DNA of 64,000 nucleotides, from the NCBI GenBank assembly GCA_044440125.1, contig JBITAJ010000021.1, positions 32,001-96,000 on the forward strand, read 5' to 3'. The notes beneath the pieces were generated by a model that worked only from the letters and a program-made list of their open reading frames with translations, made no database searches and had not been told where the DNA came from. Below, piece by piece: positions 61,002 to 64,000 of the stretch. Both the position numbers and the translations under genes were made by a program. The stretch comes from Sedimentisphaeraceae bacterium JB056. Its GTDB lineage: Bacteria; Planctomycetota; Phycisphaerae; Sedimentisphaerales; Sedimentisphaeraceae. Numbering within the stretch: position 1 is the first letter of the stretch; every line of letters starts with the position of its first letter.

Positions 61002-62579
61002 TTAAAATTCAATGCAACCGCTTTGATCCGGTACCGAACAGCTAAGCCAGTTATCGACGATCATTTTCAAATCTTCGATATCAACGTAGCAGTCCTTGTT
61101 AAGGTCACCGGTATGATAACCCCAATAACCACATGGAGCTGCCGTATCTACAGCCTGTGATATCCTCAGTTCATCAATTATTCCGTAGAACAAGTTAGCC
61201 GTAGTGGCCTGTGAACCTACATACAAGTAGCCTACGCCATCTTTTACAGATGTATCAGGCGCTGTATGTGTTTTTACAAGTTCACCATCAAGATACAACT
61301 TTCTATCACCTTCGTACCATTGAGTTGAAATATGATGCCAGCCTGTATGATCAGGATAGTCTACCACCATCGCATGAGCACCAGTGCTCCACCAGTTACT
61401 GGATATCAACTGCCAACCGGAAGCACTGTCCTGCAAGTAAAGAGCAAAACGACTGTTGTGAGTGGTAATATAATATCTCTTGTTGGCTCCGTAAGTACCA
61501 ATAGAATCATCAAGCTTTACCCATGCTTCGATCTTGAAGTTGGTACCGTCAATGCCGAGATTATCATCAGCAATATTTACCCTTGTTGTATGGTTCAGTC
61601 CGTTGAAATACAAAGCACTTCCAAAATCCGCCCCCCAGTTATTAGTCATAGCTGGAACAATTTGAGGACCGGTACCTTCACCCGGCCTTGCAGCACCACC
61701 GTTGTGCAGAAACAACAGATTATATTGACGTGATGGATTAGCTGAGTTATCGTCAACTATATAAAGCTTGTCGGAAGATTCATAAGCCTCATCCATATGC
61801 CACAATGCATAAGTTCCGAAAGCATCCTCGTAAGGCTGTAAATATGCAGTCGATGGAGGAAGCGATACCTTGACTTCATCAATCAAACCGTCAAAATTAC
61901 GGTTATCAGTTTGCTTGCAACCAACATATATTCTTTTTCCTGTTTGAATATTTATACCATTATTAAGATTTCTGGTATCAACACTGCCATCAATATTGAG
62001 CATAAGAACATCTTCGTCCGTCGATGCTGTCAAAACAACATGAGTCCATTGACCTTTTGTATAAGATACAGCCGCCACTGCATACCCGCCTGTCGTACCA
62101 AAGACATAAGCCTTAGCTACGCTATTAGTGCTGTCAAGCCTTATTTCCCATACAGCACCTTCCATTGCGGAAATAACAGTCTGATCACCGGTTGCCGCAA
62201 CATCCTGATTAAACCATAGCTCAACCCTTACCGCATCAAAACCATCCCATGCGCCATTAGCGAGCATCATGTTCTTTGCTGCGCTTGAAAATTGCAAAGC
62301 CTCACCATACATTCCACCATCTCCGGTAGTTAAAGTTGGATATTTGCTCGCAGTATTGGCATTATCGCCTAATGCGATATTATTCGCTGCGCGTGATGTA
62401 ACAGAGTTATCATCAATCACATACGGCCTTTGGGAACTGCCAACCGGCACAGTTTCATCCATATGCCATAAGGCTATGGTTGAGCTATCATCAGTGAGCG
62501 GCTCGGCGAACGTCTGCCCGACCGCAACAACCAACAAAACTGTCAAAAATAATTGTACAATCTTTAATTGCATCTTCAT
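61002..62579 (-). CDS. Secreted LamG-LamG protein with dockerin-like tail
   Basis: Signal peptide; two ALWHMDE..IDE[VL] LamG domains; GDLNKDCYVDIEDLKMIVDNWLSC. Confidence 0.85.
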   Translation of the reverse strand: MKMQLKIVQLFLTVLLVVAVGQTFAEPLTDDSSTIALWHMDETVPVGSSQRPYVIDDNSVTSRAANNIALGDNANTASKYPTLTTGDGGMYGEALQFSSAAKNMMLANGAWDGFDAVRVELWFNQDVAATGDQTVISAMEGAVWEIRLDSTNSVAKAYVFGTTGGYAVAAVSYTKGQWTHVVLTASTDEDVLMLNIDGSVDTRNLNNGINIQTGKRIYVGCKQTDNRNFDGLIDEVKVSLPPSTAYLQPYEDAFGTYALWHMDEAYESSDKLYIVDDNSANPSRQYNLLFLHNGGAARPGEGTGPQIVPAMTNNWGADFGSALYFNGLNHTTRVNIADDNLGIDGTNFKIEAWVKLDDSIGTYGANKRYYITTHNSRFALYLQDSASGWQLISSNWWSTGAHAMVVDYPDHTGWHHISTQWYEGDRKLYLDGELVKTHTAPDTSVKDGVGYLYVGSQATTANLFYGIIDELRISQAVDTAAPCGYWGYHTGDLNKDCYVDIEDLKMIVDNWLSCSVPDQSGCIEF

Positions 62580-62642
62580 AAAAAACTCCTTAAACGATTA
62601 ATAAAAGTTTACCAAATATCAAATTAGACTTGTCTCGATAGT

Positions 62643-63467
62643 TTACGGGTTTCTGGTAGGGTGAAAAGCCTTTCCGCTTTGCTGCTCAGCGGGGGTTGTT
62701 CCAACCCATGGCCACTCACCTTCCTTGCAGACATTACGGGCTTCTACATGGTTGTCAGCCATAAGGAAATTGCAATCTTCTCCGTGGTTTGGCGCAGGGC
62801 CATAATAATCATGCCTGCCTGACCTGTAGTCTCCATCCATCCAACCTTTAGCATATGCAGCCGGATGCGGATTAGAAAGCCCCATTCTCCACCCTGATCT
62901 TGCTTCCTGACCTACATTAAGAGGATCGCTTGTATCCAAATCTGCCAAAAGAGGAAGATTGGCAGGCAGTTTGACGGCTTCAGGCTTTTTCCACCACATT
63001 CGATCTGCAAGTTGAGAATTTCCTTGAGCACGTCTGTCGGTCTCGGTGAAATACCAGTTATAGCCGTAAATACCGGCAGCTCCTTCACCATCTTTATACT
63101 TGCCTACCCATTTTTCCTGTGTCGGACACTTAAAAACGCTATAGTCATAGGCACTATTCTCGCCTGAACGATTAAGATCATAGTAATCCATCAGCCTTAT
63201 AAACCACCGGCAATCACCATCAGCCTTACCCGCATTATTTTCCTGTATCGTGGCCCATGAACTCGGCAAGTGCCCATCATTATCCTGCATATAAAGCCTG
63301 AAAGTTGAACCGATATCCTTTTGCCTCGTTTTTCCTATAGTAGATTTGGCCTGTTCTCTCACCTTATTCAATGCAGGCATCAATATAGACATAAGAACTG
63401 CAATGATAGAAATAACAACAAGCAACTCTATGAGTGTAAAAGCTTTTTTGTAAACATTCATATTCAA
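62643..63467 (-). CDS. Prepilin-type N-terminal cleavage/methylation domain protein (H-X9-DN variant)
   Basis: KAFTLIELLVVISIIAVLMSILMPALNKVREQAK; FKCPT; YGYN; HGEDCNFLMADNHVE. Confidence 0.92.
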   Translation of the reverse strand: MNMNVYKKAFTLIELLVVISIIAVLMSILMPALNKVREQAKSTIGKTRQKDIGSTFRLYMQDNDGHLPSSWATIQENNAGKADGDCRWFIRLMDYYDLNRSGENSAYDYSVFKCPTQEKWVGKYKDGEGAAGIYGYNWYFTETDRRAQGNSQLADRMWWKKPEAVKLPANLPLLADLDTSDPLNVGQEARSGWRMGLSNPHPAAYAKGWMDGDYRSGRHDYYGPAPNHGEDCNFLMADNHVEARNVCKEGEWPWVGTTPAEQQSGKAFHPTRNP

Positions 63468-63489
63468 ACCTCTTAAAAGTAATTATATT

Positions 63490-64000
63490 TTAGATTCCAG
63501 TATATTTCAGCAAATCAAGTTCATTCACTTTCTTTATTTCAATATTGACCAATGTAGTTGTCCTCGCAAGATAACCATCTATGAGCGACAGAAGCTTCTG
63601 AGCGGCACATTGCGTTATTTCTCTAAAAGGATCAACAAGAACATCAAGGTCAATATCACGCACGAATGGAGCAAGATTCACAAGAAAACTTCTATTACCA
63701 ATTACGGCAACCTTTCTTCCCAAAAGCAATGACTTGGCCTTATCAGGATTGGAAAGAAAGACATTATAAAGATGGTAGTTATTCGTGAAAAGAATTGCAG
63801 TATTCCTGTCGGATTTTTCGATGGCATCAAACACTATCTCATTCTGATTTTCGGTGAAACCCTGCAAATAAAATTGCTTGACCCTCTCGGAAGCATCATC
63901 AAGCAAACTCTCAAAAGCACGGCTAAGGCCCTGCTTGATTCCAATCGGCCAACCACAATATCGTTGTGATTCTAAATATCGAGGCTGTGAGAAATGGTTA
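63490..64000 (-). CDS. C-terminal part of a probable LacI/GntR-type sugar-binding regulator, 5' end outside window
   Basis: Frame stays open from 63906 to the window end (NHFSQPRYLESQRYCGWPIG...). TAILF, VAVIGN, DPFREI...AAQKLLSLIDG resemble the end of a periplasmic-binding-fold effector domain; same position before a pilin gene as lacI at 663. Confidence 0.55.
   Translation of the reverse strand, partial: NHFSQPRYLESQRYCGWPIGIKQGLSRAFESLLDDASERVKQFYLQGFTENQNEIVFDAIEKSDRNTAILFTNNYHLYNVFLSNPDKAKSLLLGRKVAVIGNRSFLVNLAPFVRDIDLDVLVDPFREITQCAAQKLLSLIDGYLARTTTLVNIEIKKVNELDLLKYTGI

Overview
The whole window is a carbohydrate-degradation region, almost entirely on the minus strand. The gene content points to a planctomycete, probably Phycisphaerae/Sedimentisphaerales-like (inference from FTLIELLVV pilin-like genes, LamG plus dockerin-like tails, a PEP-CTERM protein and URO-D-like genes). 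It divides into four pilin-containing cassettes: A (<1-1700, LacI, truncated by the window edge), B (8857-29178, AraC), C (29392-45900, AraC) and D (48319->64000, truncated regulator). Each has one type IV prepilin-like (DUF1559/H-X9-DG-type) gene. B, C and D add secreted LamG/CBM9-like proteins, many with Ca-binding dockerin-like motifs, and heparinase II/III-like lyases or GH123/DUF4091 enzymes. B and C also carry a Na+/solute symporter and URO-D-like TIM-barrel genes. A probably GntR-controlled sugar-acid catabolic operon (1882-7886) and a DUF5107-TPR gene (46129-48165) lie between the cassettes. No TonB-dependent receptor/SusD, sulfatase, cohesin, mobile element, CRISPR or RNA gene was recognised. 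The most notable signals are the recurring 'pilin-PUL' architecture, LamG lineages private to each cassette, a Cys-flanked half-dockerin tag, four URO-D-like paralogs with no corrinoid partner, an M55 peptidase inside a sugar operon, and regulator sites readable directly from the DNA. Product calls come from motif recognition only; no database searches were run.
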